The notes below the pieces were generated by a model, which saw only the letters and a program-made list of their open reading frames with translations, did no database searches and had not been told where the DNA came from. From Thermodesulfobacteriota bacterium (GTDB taxonomy: Bacteria > Desulfobacterota_D > UBA1144 > Nemesobacterales > Nemesobacteraceae): DNA of 64,000 nt. Where the stretch lies: the NCBI GenBank assembly GCA_965209225.1, contig OZ242379.1, forward strand, positions 405,986 to 469,985, in the 5' to 3' direction. Shown here piece after piece: positions 29,504 to 38,871 of the stretch; within the stretch, counting starts at the first letter, position 1, and each line of letters starts with the position of its first letter. The position numbers and the translations under genes are program-made.

Positions 29504-30706
29504 TCAGTTCGGCACGCATGTGACGCCCGCGTACTCCCATGCGGTGCAGTCATGCACTCCACGTCCCGCGTGGTCACATTCAAGCAGCGTGTTTTCCGTA
29601 CCGTCGCACCCCACTTCATCAAGGAGGTAAAGAAGCGGAGGATATCCAAGCCAGATTATCTCGCGGTCCGCGGTCCCCCCAGATGAATAACCAAGCTGCC
29701 GGCACGCCACCCCCGCGTCCTGATCGTCCCAGCTATCATCGCATACCCCCTTCCATCGCTTGCTCGGCTCGTCAAATATCTGGAGCAGTCCCTCGTTGGA
29801 ACCGGATACCTGTCCGGTATTGAGATTGATGGTGGGAAGCAGTCTGAGGCTGCCGTCGGGCTTGTTCGTGTAGATAGGCCCCTCTTCAAAGCTTTCCACC
29901 TCTTCCGCGTTGCCCGCGTTATCGGTGAAACGGATCCTGACCTTGATCCACTCTTCCTCATCGGCTTCCTGGAAGGTATAGGTGGAAGCGGTCGCGCCCG
30001 TGATTATCGTTTCGTTCCAGATTATATCGGACCTTATCCACTGGTAGGAAAACGCGCTTGCGTCCGTGGGTTTTCCGTCCGCGTCGGTGATTCCCGAGTG
30101 ATCCGCGGTCACGGTCACCCCTGTTTTGGGTTCGGTGCCCCTGATCTCTATCCTTCCCACGGCATCGTTGTTTGAGGTCGCGGCTTCACAGGTAACGCCG
30201 AAAGCCTCCTTGTTACCGCAGTCGTTCTGTCCGCGCGGCAGGTGCTTGCACTTGTCCGTCCCGAGAATCCTGTCTTCAGACCCCGAGCATTCAAGGTCAT
30301 CAAGCAGGTAATAGGCGGACGGATCCTGAGAGGCGCTTGAGGGAAGCACAAGCCCGACAAGCGGAGACCCTCCCGAAAAGCCCAGCTGGCGGCACGCCAC
30401 GCGGGCTTCCTGCCTGCCGATCACGCGGACATTGTTGTCCTGCGGTTTTCCCAGAGTCCCGAGAAAGTCATCGCATACGCCCTTCCATTCGCCCGCGCCG
30501 TCGTCATCAGGGTCATCAAATATCTCAAGCCTGCCCGAAGGGGCAACAGCCGTACGGAGGTTCACCACGGTATCCGTGCTCGCATCCACGAGCCTGAGAT
30601 CCCCGTCTGCATATGTTTCCTGCGTGCTTACGTCCGCGGGTCCGCCCATGAGCAGAAGCCCAAGCAGAAATCCGGCGGCCGCTGTCAGAACGCGCGGCAG
30701 ACTCAT
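29504..30706 (-). CDS. Secreted protein with two SRCR (scavenger receptor cysteine-rich)-like domains
   Basis: SRCR signatures occur twice: GRLEIF..WKGVCDD..ARVACRQLGFSGG..LECSGSE..C..AFGVTC and GLLQIF..WKGVCDDSWDDQDAGVACRQLGYSSG..VGCDGTE..LLECDH..AGVTC. I chose the start at the internal Met with a signal peptide (MSLPRVLTAAAGFLLGLLLMGG); the longer ORF reaching 30931 overlaps ispE. Confidence 0.7.
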   Translation of the reverse strand: MSLPRVLTAAAGFLLGLLLMGGPADVSTQETYADGDLRLVDASTDTVVNLRTAVAPSGRLEIFDDPDDDGAGEWKGVCDDFLGTLGKPQDNNVRVIGRQEARVACRQLGFSGGSPLVGLVLPSSASQDPSAYYLLDDLECSGSEDRILGTDKCKHLPRGQNDCGNKEAFGVTCEAATSNNDAVGRIEIRGTEPKTGVTVTADHSGITDADGKPTDASAFSYQWIRSDIIWNETIITGATASTYTFQEADEEEWIKVRIRFTDNAGNAEEVESFEEGPIYTNKPDGSLRLLPTINLNTGQVSGSNEGLLQIFDEPSKRWKGVCDDSWDDQDAGVACRQLGYSSGGTADREIIWLGYPPLLYLLDEVGCDGTENTLLECDHAGRGVHDCTAWEYAGVTCVPN

Positions 30707-30920
30707 TGTTCCCGCTCGGGTTTCACCGATTTTCCTTCTCAATAGTCCGTTTCCGGGTTTTCCTGTCACCTGAACCTCCGTAATTCCTTGATAAGCACAC
30801 CTGCTTTCCAGATTGCTCTTTTCTATATTATAGTGTTGCTCCCTTATCCGTGTCAAGCAAAACAGCAAAACAGACAATCCCGAAAACAGGTTCTTCGCCC
30901 ATAGCCCGGGCAAAAGAGGT

Positions 30921-31787
30921 TCAGTCCGCAAGAAAGTGCCAGCCGCTTATCCCGCTTGCGAGAAAAACATCGAACTCTGAAGACGTAACCAGATACTCGT
31001 GGATTTCCTCAGCATCCCGCCGCTTTCTGAAAACGGAAAAAACCGACGACCCGCTTCCCGAGACAAGCACGAAGCGCGCGCCGAGCGACCGGAAAATCTC
31101 CTTCAGGGAGAGAATCTCGGGAAATACCGCAAACACCGCCGCCTCAAGGCCGTTCTCAAGGGGAAAGTCCCCTCCGCGGAACCTCTCCGCGAGAGAAACG
31201 GGTTCTATCTTCTCGGGCGGGGGCTCCGGGCGCTCCCAGCTTTCGTAGACTTCCCGGGTCGAGAGGCTTTTTCGGGGGAAAAGAATAAGATAGTGAAAAA
31301 GCGGAAAATCAGAAAGCACTCTCACCCTTTCTCCCGCTCCCTCGACAAACGAAGAGGTGGATCTTACGAAGAACGGAACATCGGCTCCGAGAGATGCGGC
31401 CATCCGGAGCAGGTCCCGGTCGGTAAATTTCCCGAGGATCCTGTTAAGACCCACCAAAACCGCCGCGGCGTTTGAGCTTCCTCCGCCTAGGCCGGCGCCA
31501 AGAGGAATATTCTTTTTTACCGCTATGGAGACCTTTCTTTGAATCCCGGCCCGCTCAAGATAAAGATGGCAGGCGGCCACGGCAAGATTGTCTTTCCCGG
31601 AAGGCATTTCCCTCCCCGAGCATGAAAGACCGGACCCTTTTCCCAGTTCTACCGAAAGGCTTATCTCGTCAAAGAGGCTTACGGGCTGCAGGACGGACTG
31701 GAGTTCATGGTAGCCGTCGGAGCGCTTTCGGAGGACCCTGAGAAACAGGTTCACCTTCGCAGGGGAGAGAAGCTTCACAAAACTCAT
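30921..31787 (-). CDS. ispE: 4-diphosphocytidyl-2-C-methyl-D-erythritol kinase
   Basis: 288 aa with PAKVNLFLRVL..R.DGYHEL and the GHMP kinase motif PLGAGLGGGSSNAA. Confidence 0.92.
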   Translation of the reverse strand: MSFVKLLSPAKVNLFLRVLRKRSDGYHELQSVLQPVSLFDEISLSVELGKGSGLSCSGREMPSGKDNLAVAACHLYLERAGIQRKVSIAVKKNIPLGAGLGGGSSNAAAVLVGLNRILGKFTDRDLLRMAASLGADVPFFVRSTSSFVEGAGERVRVLSDFPLFHYLILFPRKSLSTREVYESWERPEPPPEKIEPVSLAERFRGGDFPLENGLEAAVFAVFPEILSLKEIFRSLGARFVLVSGSGSSVFSVFRKRRDAEEIHEYLVTSSEFDVFLASGISGWHFLAD

Positions 31788-32530
31788 TTTCGCGCCGCAC
31801 CCGGCTCGAAATTCATGGTAAGCTTCACGCTTCTGAGTGGAAGTACCAGTTTTTTCAGCTTCTCCGTTTTTTCATCGAAGCTGAGAAGAAGCCTGAACAC
31901 GATGTATTTTCCCTCAGGGGTCCTCTCCAGAAGCCTGTACTTGTAGACGAAGACACCGCCGCCGCGCTGGTTTAACTTTGCGTAGGGGTGACCGAGAATC
32001 TCTATCACTTCTGAGAAATCAGGAATTTCCTTGGGTTCAAGGGACCTCACGGCCGCGGTGCTTGTCTTCTCAAGCTTTTTCACTTCGGCGCCGCCCACCG
32101 AGCCCATTATCTTCCCGAGAACCTCCTTGGTTATATACTTGGTGAAGCGCTCGGGAAAGATAATTTCGCAGAGCTTTCCCTCACAAAGCTTCATCCCCAT
32201 CGCCAGATCGAAATTTCCGGTTTCGCTCTTTCTGCCCGGGTATTTTTTCACCAGATGATAGGTCCAAAGCTGGGTGTCCGCGGCAACACGGGTTTTTACG
32301 GGCGGCGAGTAGACCATGAGCCACTCGATGTCTTCTGCGAGCAGTACGGGGTTTTTGAAGGAGAGGCGGAGGCCGTCGTGGTCGCTCACGCTGAAATTCT
32401 CGCTGAAATCCCCGAGCTGGCCTTTTACATCAAGGAATCTGAAGAGACGGCATCCCCCCACCGCCAGACACAGAACAAGCAGAAAAGATATGAGAATTTT
32501 TCTTCGCGAAGACGGCTTTTCCATCGGCAA
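31784..32530 (-). CDS. Putative lipoprotein. It sits upstream of ispE, where lolB often lies.
   Basis: 248 aa with a signal peptide and lipobox (LAVGGC). It has a 4-nt overlap with ispE. The function is not recognisable from the sequence. Confidence 0.5.
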   Translation of the reverse strand: MPMEKPSSRRKILISFLLVLCLAVGGCRLFRFLDVKGQLGDFSENFSVSDHDGLRLSFKNPVLLAEDIEWLMVYSPPVKTRVAADTQLWTYHLVKKYPGRKSETGNFDLAMGMKLCEGKLCEIIFPERFTKYITKEVLGKIMGSVGGAEVKKLEKTSTAAVRSLEPKEIPDFSEVIEILGHPYAKLNQRGGGVFVYKYRLLERTPEGKYIVFRLLLSFDEKTEKLKKLVLPLRSVKLTMNFEPGAARK

Positions 32531-32599
32531 TTCGGCATTTTCCTCCAGATGTATTATTATACCGCACAGATAACCGGAAATTCTCTCTAAGGACTTCAG

Positions 32600-32998
32600 A
32601 TGTTCGCAAGACTCCTAATTCTGTTCACCGTGGTTCCGCTCATTGAGCTCGCGCTGCTCATAAAGCTCGGGAACATAATAGGACTCTGGCCGACCATATT
32701 CATAGTCATAGCGACGGGGGTGCTGGGAGCGGCGCTTGCCAGAAGCCAGGGGACGCAGGTCATAAGCGCGATAAGAGCGGAGGTCGCCGAGGGCAGGCCG
32801 CCCACGGAAAGCCTCATAAACGGTCTTCTCGTGCTTGTGGGAGGGGTTGTGCTTCTCACACCCGGGCTGCTTACCGATCTTCTTGGCTTCTCCCTTCTTA
32901 TTCCCTTTACCAGGAACCGGCTCAAGAAAAAACTTCAAAGCAGGCTTAGGAAATACGCGGAGAGAAGTTCAGGCTCCGCAACCATAATAATACGCTGA
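32600..32998 (+). CDS. fxsA: FxsA family membrane protein
   Basis: 132 aa. The N-terminus FTVVPLIELALLIKLG...TGVLGAALARSQG is characteristic of FxsA. Confidence 0.85.
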   Translation: MFARLLILFTVVPLIELALLIKLGNIIGLWPTIFIVIATGVLGAALARSQGTQVISAIRAEVAEGRPPTESLINGLLVLVGGVVLLTPGLLTDLLGFSLLIPFTRNRLKKKLQSRLRKYAERSSGSATIIIR

Positions 32999-33018
32999 AG
33001 ATCCGAAACGGCACCCGC

Positions 33019-33594
33019 TCAGGGCTGAAACGGCTCGTGGCTTATCTTGTGTATTATCGGCATGGAGAAACTCACCGACTCCATGAGTTTCTGGCCGTAC
33101 TCAATCACCCACTGCTCGGGGGCCAGGGAGTAGAAGTCCGCAAGCGTCATCCACTCCCCTCCCCTCATTATTTCTCCGTAGTCGACGCTAACCAGAAAAG
33201 CGGTCATGTCTCCGCCGTCCATGGCGTTTAGCACCGAGCACTCCGCGTAGGAGTGTATTCCCTTTAATACGGGACAGCCGTTTCTGCCCTCGAAATGGTC
33301 TATGCCGATAAACTTTTTTTTGTCCCTGCCCGAATAAAAGCCGAAATTCCGCACAAGGGCGATCTGATCCCTTTTGAGAAGATGAATCACGAGATTCCTG
33401 CTTTCCATTATGAATCCGTGGGTGTGATTTCCCTTCCATATTCCCATAAGAAGCCTGGGTACTGTGTGAACTATGGAGGAGGTGACGAGCGTCACCGCCA
33501 CCTGGCCGTTTATCTCATCCTCCCGCCTGCTGGTTATGATCACCACAGGGCAGTTATGCCAGAAAACCCCGGCAACCGAAGGCCCGTCATTCAC
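33019..33594 (-). CDS. Flavin reductase-like domain protein
   Basis: 191 aa with a Flavin_Reduct-like N-terminus (CPVVIITSRREDEINGQVAVTLVTSS). Confidence 0.65.
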   Translation of the reverse strand: MNDGPSVAGVFWHNCPVVIITSRREDEINGQVAVTLVTSSIVHTVPRLLMGIWKGNHTHGFIMESRNLVIHLLKRDQIALVRNFGFYSGRDKKKFIGIDHFEGRNGCPVLKGIHSYAECSVLNAMDGGDMTAFLVSVDYGEIMRGGEWMTLADFYSLAPEQWVIEYGQKLMESVSFSMPIIHKISHEPFQP

Positions 33595-33736
33595 TGAAAA
33601 ACTCCTTTTTTTATCCCCGGCAGAAAATACCTCGGGAGAATTGAAAAAACATCCCCCGTGTGCTATAGTAACCCCGTCTTTTAAGTTTACCTGCTACGAT
33701 GCGGCAGCGCCTTTTAAACGGACTGAAATCCTAGCT

Positions 33737-34504
33737 ATGAAAAAAATAATTCCGGCGGTCGCTTTTCTTTTTCTGGTCGTTGGTGTCCTGCACATCTCGG
33801 GGTGCTCGAAGAGAGTTCCCGCCACTTCTCCCTCGGCTGAAGAGACGGGTACTCAGGACAGGGTCATGGAGGTGTCGGAGATGCTTGAGGAAGCCCGGGC
33901 AGAGGGTGCCGAAGACACCTGGGAGTATGAAGAGGCGCAAAAGCTTTTCGAGATGGCCCAGAACCTCATAAGCGAAGGGGAACTTGAGGAAGCTGAGAAG
34001 GTCCTTTCTCAGGCGGAACTCAAGGCCACGCAGGCAATCGGCGCCGCCAGGGAAGGCGCCTTCATGGAGGGTTTTGACGAAGAGGCCCAGGAAATACGGA
34101 AATCCCTGCTCAGCGACGCCTTCTCCAAGGAAAACCTGATAAACCTCTCCACCTCGGACGTGTTCTTTGAATTCGACAGCGCGGAGATATCGGAAGATGC
34201 AATGGAGACAGTTGACGGCAACATAAGCATCTTCGAAAAAAACAAAGACAAGATCAAATTCATTCTCGTCTTCGGTTTCTGCGACATCCGCGGGACCGAG
34301 GAATACAATCTCTCCCTTGGAAAGAAAAGAGCGGACGAGATCAAAAAATACATGATCGGAAAAGGGATGTCTCCCGACATGCTGCACTCCATCAGCAAGG
34401 GAGAGACGGAAATATGGCAAGAGGGAACATCGGATGAGGCGTACAGCCGTAACAGGCGAGGACACTTCATGGCCCTCTCTGACAATAATTCCTCGGAAAA
34501 CTGA
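33737..34504 (+). CDS. pal: OmpA-family peptidoglycan-associated lipoprotein (Pal-like)
   Basis: I chose the start at the Met with a lipoprotein signal (MKKIIPAVAFLFLVVGVLHISGC). The C-terminal OmpA-like block is GFCDIRGTEEYNLSLGKKRADEI. The track ORF beginning at 33473 is an upstream extension. Confidence 0.8.
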   Translation: MKKIIPAVAFLFLVVGVLHISGCSKRVPATSPSAEETGTQDRVMEVSEMLEEARAEGAEDTWEYEEAQKLFEMAQNLISEGELEEAEKVLSQAELKATQAIGAAREGAFMEGFDEEAQEIRKSLLSDAFSKENLINLSTSDVFFEFDSAEISEDAMETVDGNISIFEKNKDKIKFILVFGFCDIRGTEEYNLSLGKKRADEIKKYMIGKGMSPDMLHSISKGETEIWQEGTSDEAYSRNRRGHFMALSDNNSSEN

Positions 34505-35319
34505 TGAGAAAAAAATATCTGGCCGTCGCCGCAGTATTGTTTTCTTCCATGTTCATGTACGGGTGCGTAGCATCGGAAGGAGACCTGGATTTTCTTTACT
34601 CGAGGCAAAGGGAAGCTGAAACGAACATCAAGAAGATGCGGAAGGATATCGACTGGCTGAAAGCGGAAGTAAAGAAAGAAGACAATATCCTTGATCTTAA
34701 CGAAAAGACTTTCGAACTCGAAAACAAGCTTCTGGAACTCGAGCAGGTAATAGGCGAAATGCATGCTCAGACCGAAGAACGGTTCAAAAAAATAGAGACC
34801 GGGCTCTCAGCAATGGCAGAGACAAAATCCCAGGCCCCGGCTCAGCAGCCGCAGACACCTTCCGCCACGGCTTCTGAGCAAGCTTCAGGAAGTCCGGGCG
34901 GGGAACCCGCAACTGAACCAGCCCCCGCGGAAAAAGACCCCAAAGAGGACTACGAACTGGGCCTGAAGGAGTTTGCCGACGGCAACTATGAGGCCGCGAG
35001 GGCGTCGCTTCGAGAGTACCTTGCCGCCGCCCCCAGAAACGATGAGGCCGCGGACGCGATGTTCCTCATCGCGGATTCCTACTTCAAGGAAAAATCCTAC
35101 GAGGAGGCTATCCTCGAATACCAGAACATAATCGAAATCTGGCCCGCCAGCCCCAAAACCCCGCTTTGCCAGCTCAACCAGGGAATCGCACTCTTGAAAA
35201 TAGGGAAACCGAACGAGGCGAGTCTTTTTTTCGAATCGCTGATCGAGGCGTACCCGGACTCACCCGAAGCCGCAACGGCGAAAGAATACCTTAAGACCTT
35301 GGCCGCGCCGGGAGAATAA
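34504..35319 (+). CDS. cpoB: Tol-Pal system protein CpoB/YbgF (coiled coil plus TPR)
   Basis: TGATG overlap with pal. It has an N-terminal coiled coil and C-terminal TPR repeats (YELGLKEFADGNYEAA..., ADSYFKEKSYEEA...). Confidence 0.8.
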   Translation: MRKKYLAVAAVLFSSMFMYGCVASEGDLDFLYSRQREAETNIKKMRKDIDWLKAEVKKEDNILDLNEKTFELENKLLELEQVIGEMHAQTEERFKKIETGLSAMAETKSQAPAQQPQTPSATASEQASGSPGGEPATEPAPAEKDPKEDYELGLKEFADGNYEAARASLREYLAAAPRNDEAADAMFLIADSYFKEKSYEEAILEYQNIIEIWPASPKTPLCQLNQGIALLKIGKPNEASLFFESLIEAYPDSPEAATAKEYLKTLAAPGE

Positions 35320-35353
35320 AAGCTTCGCCCGTGGCCGGCACCGAACCCTTTCC

Positions 35354-36646
35354 ATGAAGACCACCAATTCAGAGAATCTTTTTCGCGGGGCGAGAAACGT
35401 TCTTGTGGGCGGGGTAAACAGTCCCGTGAGATCTTTTGCGGCCGTGGGAGGTTCGCCGCTTTTTGTATCAAGAGCCGAAGGTTCCTGCCTATATGACGCC
35501 GACGGGAACAGGTTCATCGACTATGTCGCCTCATGGGGTCCGCTGATCCTGGGACACTCGCATCCATCGGTGCTAAAGGCCGTCGGGGAAAGGCTTCCCC
35601 TGGGAACGAGCTTCGGTGCCCCTTGCGAACTGGAAACGGATCTTGCCACGCTGATAGCAAGGCACTTTCCCTCGATTGAGAAAGTCCGACTTACCAATTC
35701 CGGAACCGAGGCCACCATGAGCGCCATAAGACTTGCAAGAGCGGTCACGGGAAGGGAACACATAATCAAGTTCGAGGGATGCTACCACGGACACTCGGAC
35801 TTTCTGCTCGTGAAATCCGGTTCGGGAGCCACGACTTTCGGAAATCCGAGCAGCGCCGGGGTTCCGAAATCGTTTGTGAACAGAACGCTGCTTGCCCGGT
35901 ACAACGACATAGATTCCGTCAAAAGGCTTTTCGAGAAGTACCCCGAAAAGATTGCCGGAGTGATAATCGAACCCGTGGCGGGAAACATGGGAGTGGTAGC
36001 TCCCGAGAAAAACTTCCTCAGGAAATTGCGCTCTGCATGCAAAAGACACGGAGCAGTGCTCATCTTCGACGAGGTCATAACGGGATTTCGCCTCGCAAGA
36101 GGAGGCGCGCAGGAACTGTTCGGCGTAGTCCCGGACATAACCTGTCTCGGGAAAATAATAGGAGGAGGCCTCCCGGTAGGGGCGTACGGGGCCAGCGCAG
36201 AAATAATGCGAATGGTTTCCCCTGAAGGTCCCATGTACCAGGCGGGCACCCTCTCGGGAAATCCGCTCGCCATGGCGGCGGGAATTGCGACAGTAAAAGA
36301 ACTTAACCCGAGAACCTACAGGCGCCTCGAGAGCCTGACCGCATCCCTTGTATCTGGAATAAGGGAGATAATAGCAGAGCTTGGCATTGACGCCACCGTA
36401 AACTCTGTTGGCTCCATGTTCACCGTGTTTTTCACCGGCCAGAAGGTAACGGACTACGCCGGAGCGCTCGGATGCGATACCGCGAAATACGCGAGCTTCT
36501 TCAGAAATCTTCTTGAAAACGGAGTCATGTTCCCCCCGTCTCAGTTCGAAAGCGTATTCCTTTCGACCGCTCACACGAAAAAGCAGATAGACCTTACGCT
36601 ACAGGCAATCCGCACGTCGCTTCGGGAAATTTCCGGGGGAGAGTGA
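35354..36646 (+). CDS. hemL: Glutamate-1-semialdehyde 2,1-aminomutase
   Basis: 430 aa, class-III aminotransferase, with FDEVITGFR and the LGKIIGGGLP lysine motif. Confidence 0.95.
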   Translation: MKTTNSENLFRGARNVLVGGVNSPVRSFAAVGGSPLFVSRAEGSCLYDADGNRFIDYVASWGPLILGHSHPSVLKAVGERLPLGTSFGAPCELETDLATLIARHFPSIEKVRLTNSGTEATMSAIRLARAVTGREHIIKFEGCYHGHSDFLLVKSGSGATTFGNPSSAGVPKSFVNRTLLARYNDIDSVKRLFEKYPEKIAGVIIEPVAGNMGVVAPEKNFLRKLRSACKRHGAVLIFDEVITGFRLARGGAQELFGVVPDITCLGKIIGGGLPVGAYGASAEIMRMVSPEGPMYQAGTLSGNPLAMAAGIATVKELNPRTYRRLESLTASLVSGIREIIAELGIDATVNSVGSMFTVFFTGQKVTDYAGALGCDTAKYASFFRNLLENGVMFPPSQFESVFLSTAHTKKQIDLTLQAIRTSLREISGGE

Positions 36647-36875
36647 AATCAGAAATCCTAACTGGCTTTTTTTCATCGTAATCGGAATTGAGTTCGCCTT
36701 CTCCGTCATAGCGGGGCTCCTCCTCGGCAACTACATAGACGAAAAACTTGACACCGCTTTCCCTTTCTTTACCCTGCTAGGTCTTGTATGCGGGGTGATA
36801 GCGGGACTGACCCTGCTTCTGCGGACACTTAAACTGAGGCAGAAAGGAAAAAACGGAAACCATGAAGGATCTTAG
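36643..36875 (+). CDS. AtpZ/AtpR-like small membrane protein of the F0 operon; the start is unresolved and a homopolymer frameshift is possible
   Basis: Frame 36648..36875 encodes ...WLFFIVIGIEFAFSVIAGLLLGNYIDEKLDTAFPFFTLLGLVCGVIAGL..., which is AtpZ-like, but it has no ATG/GTG/TTG start. A GTG at 36643 (GTGA overlap with the hemL stop) joins this frame only if the T7 run at 36667..36673 were T8. Confidence 0.5.
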
Positions 36876-37206
36876 TCTCGGCGGCGTTGAGAAGCTTTCC
36901 CTAGCGGTAACGACACTTCTTTTCGCCGTGAATATCGCCATCGGGGAAAGGGAAATGGCGGTGGCCATAGCGGTTGCGGGGGTCCTTTTCCTGCTGGATT
37001 ACGTAGCCATAAAATTCGTCGTAAAGGCGCTTGCGGAAAAAAGGTATTCACTTGCGTTTTCCATGTTCATACTGGTCATGAAGATGCTCGCGCTGCTTGC
37101 GATAATAGCGGTTTTACTCGTATTTGCAAAACTGGACATATATGGTTTAATGATAGGCTTAACTTCCGTGGTGATAGTAATAATAGGTAAAGGTCTGAAG
37201 GGTTAG
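36862..37206 (+). CDS. atpI: ATP synthase protein I (AtpI)
   Basis: 114-aa polytopic membrane protein located immediately upstream of atpB. Confidence 0.7.
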   Translation: MKDLSLGGVEKLSLAVTTLLFAVNIAIGEREMAVAIAVAGVLFLLDYVAIKFVVKALAEKRYSLAFSMFILVMKMLALLAIIAVLLVFAKLDIYGLMIGLTSVVIVIIGKGLKG

Positions 37207-37208
37207 AC

Positions 37209-37898
37209 ATGGAACATTTCAGCTGGTTTTCCCTTGCCGGTCTGATAGAATACGACCATATTCTGGGCGGAGTGCTGGTACTTCTGTTCATACTGTTTAT
37301 CGGCCTGAGGGTAACAAAACATTACTCGAGAGAAGAATCGGTAATCCCCGAAGAGAAGCCGTCAATGAACATTTTCTTCGAGCTCGTGGGGCTTGAGTTC
37401 CTTTTTAACACGATCGAGAACGTTTTCGGATCCCGGGAGAAGGCGAAGAAGTACTTTCCGCTTCTGGCCGGGTCGTTTTTCTTCATACTGTTCGCGAACC
37501 TGCTGGGAATGGTCCCGGGATTTCTTCCGCCGACCGGAAACCTGAACACCACCGTGGCGTGCTCGCTTCTCATATTCGTCATGTACAACTACTACGGAAT
37601 AAGGGAGCACGGAACCGGCTACATCAAGCACTTTCTTGGCCCGGTAATTTTCCTCGCGCCGCTTATGCTCATAATCGAGATTATAAGCCATCTGGTAAGG
37701 CCCCTGTCGCTGTCCCTAAGGCTTTTCATGAACATAACAGGCGATCATATGGTGCTCGGGGTGTTTACCAACCTCACGCATATAGTGATTCCCATGGCTT
37801 TTGTGGGTCTGGGTATTTTCGTATCCTTTCTGCAGGCTTTTATATTCACCATACTTTCGACCATATATATCGCGCTTGCCGAAGCGCATGAACACTGA
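37209..37898 (+). CDS. atpB: F0F1 ATP synthase subunit a
   Basis: 229 aa with the conserved LSLRLFMNITGDH (essential Arg) region. Confidence 0.93.
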   Translation: MEHFSWFSLAGLIEYDHILGGVLVLLFILFIGLRVTKHYSREESVIPEEKPSMNIFFELVGLEFLFNTIENVFGSREKAKKYFPLLAGSFFFILFANLLGMVPGFLPPTGNLNTTVACSLLIFVMYNYYGIREHGTGYIKHFLGPVIFLAPLMLIIEIISHLVRPLSLSLRLFMNITGDHMVLGVFTNLTHIVIPMAFVGLGIFVSFLQAFIFTILSTIYIALAEAHEH

Positions 37899-37919
37899 CA
37901 TAAATCTAGGAGGTAAGAA

Positions 37920-38246
37920 ATGAAAAGGTTGTTTTCTTTTATAGGTCTTGCGGCACTGGCTTCGTTCGGCGCTTTCGTTCCCGACGCGTTCGCCGCGACT
38001 GAGGGGGGCTTGGGAGAACTGGCGAAGATGGGACTTGGAATCGGAGCCGGAGTAGGCATAGGAATAGCCGCGGGCGTTGCGGGAGTGGGTCAGGGACTCG
38101 CCACGGCTTCTGCTGTTGACGGCATAGCCAGAAACCCGGGCGCTTCCGCAAAGATCCAGACACCCATGATTATCGGTCTCGCCCTGATCGAGTCCCTGGT
38201 AATCTACGCCCTGCTGATAGCGTTTCTGCTTCAGGGAAAAATCTGA
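37920..38246 (+). CDS. atpE: F0F1 ATP synthase subunit c, with an N-terminal signal-like extension
   Basis: 108 aa with the GxGxGxG helix, ARNPG loop and [14 protein letters not shown] helix. The first 25 or so residues resemble a signal peptide (..PDAFAA). Confidence 0.9.
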   Translation: MKRLFSFIGLAALASFGAFVPDAFAATEGGLGELAKMGLGIGAGVGIGIAAGVAGVGQGLATASAVDGIARNPGASAKIQTPMIIGLALIESLVIYALLIAFLLQGKI

Positions 38247-38263
38247 CGCGCATTAGGATAAAA

Positions 38264-38309
38264 ACGGGGAATACCAAAGCAAAAAGATTATTCCCCGTTT
38301 TATTATTAT
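38264..38309 (+). terminator. Rho-independent terminator after atpE
   Basis: A 10-bp perfect stem ACGGGGAATA (38264..38273) / TATTCCCCGT (38289..38298) is followed by TTTATTATTAT. Confidence 0.75.
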
Positions 38310-38482
38310 CTGCTGTTTTTTCACGGCCCGATACTCAAAAAACCCATTATTTGCGGGTCTTGCCTTTTTTGTACCGGCGGTGCCTCTTGTGCAGACCGCC
38401 CGCAAGATATAGCTTGCGAAAAAGCTTTCCAACTCCAATCATTAGGTCTATCAATACAACTACAAGTTCTCTCTTTGTTTTA

Positions 38483-38533
38483 TTGTCTTATGCTATAGAC
38501 AAACAACGCTTAACAGATAATAATATAAGACAA
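38483..38533 (+). promoter_or_regulatory. Candidate operator of the first HTH-HipA module
   Basis: A 9-bp inverted repeat TTGTCTTAT (38483..38491) / ATAAGACAA (38525..38533) has a third half-site-like ATAGACAA between the arms. The right arm overlaps the ATG at 38533. Confidence 0.4.
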
Positions 38534-38871
38534 TGAAATCACAAGCACCAGAAACGCTTCCCAGGGCGGCGCGACAGGCTTTAGTGAAACTCGGCGCAGA
38601 TATAGTCGTTGCGCGCAAGAAACGCCGGATTTCGACGGTCTCGATGGCTGAACGTGCCTTCATCAGCCGCGCCACGCTTTACAAGGTTGAAAAAGGTGAT
38701 CCCACGGTCTCAATGGGCATCTATGCGACGGTTCTGGCTATCCTTGGTCTTGCCGGAGGTCTGGCTGAAGTCGCCGACCGCATCAATGACCCCTTAGGTC
38801 TCGATCTTGACGAAGACCGCCTGCCCAAGAAAATCATGCCTGTTCGCCGAGCAAGCGGAAGGAATCGCTGA
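38533..38871 (+). CDS. XRE-family HTH transcriptional regulator (HipB-like antitoxin)
   Basis: 112 aa with the HTH block RRISTVSMAERAFISRATLYKVEKG. Its stop overlaps the hipA ATG (TGATG). Confidence 0.8.
   Translation: MKSQAPETLPRAARQALVKLGADIVVARKKRRISTVSMAERAFISRATLYKVEKGDPTVSMGIYATVLAILGLAGGLAEVADRINDPLGLDLDEDRLPKKIMPVRRASGRNR

Noticed and set aside
29504-30931. Long N-terminal extensions in the ORF track (29504..30931, 33473..34504, 55442..56227, 56711..58828, 56086..56823)
   Set aside because: The extensions overlap neighbouring genes or lack coding character. Internal starts give proper signal peptides or canonical N-termini (SRCR protein, Pal, QueE, MutA, QueC), so I used the shorter models.
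32600-32998. FxsA as a phage-exclusion-related locus
   Set aside because: FxsA is a widely conserved single-gene membrane protein. Nothing in the neighbourhood suggests an accessory system.
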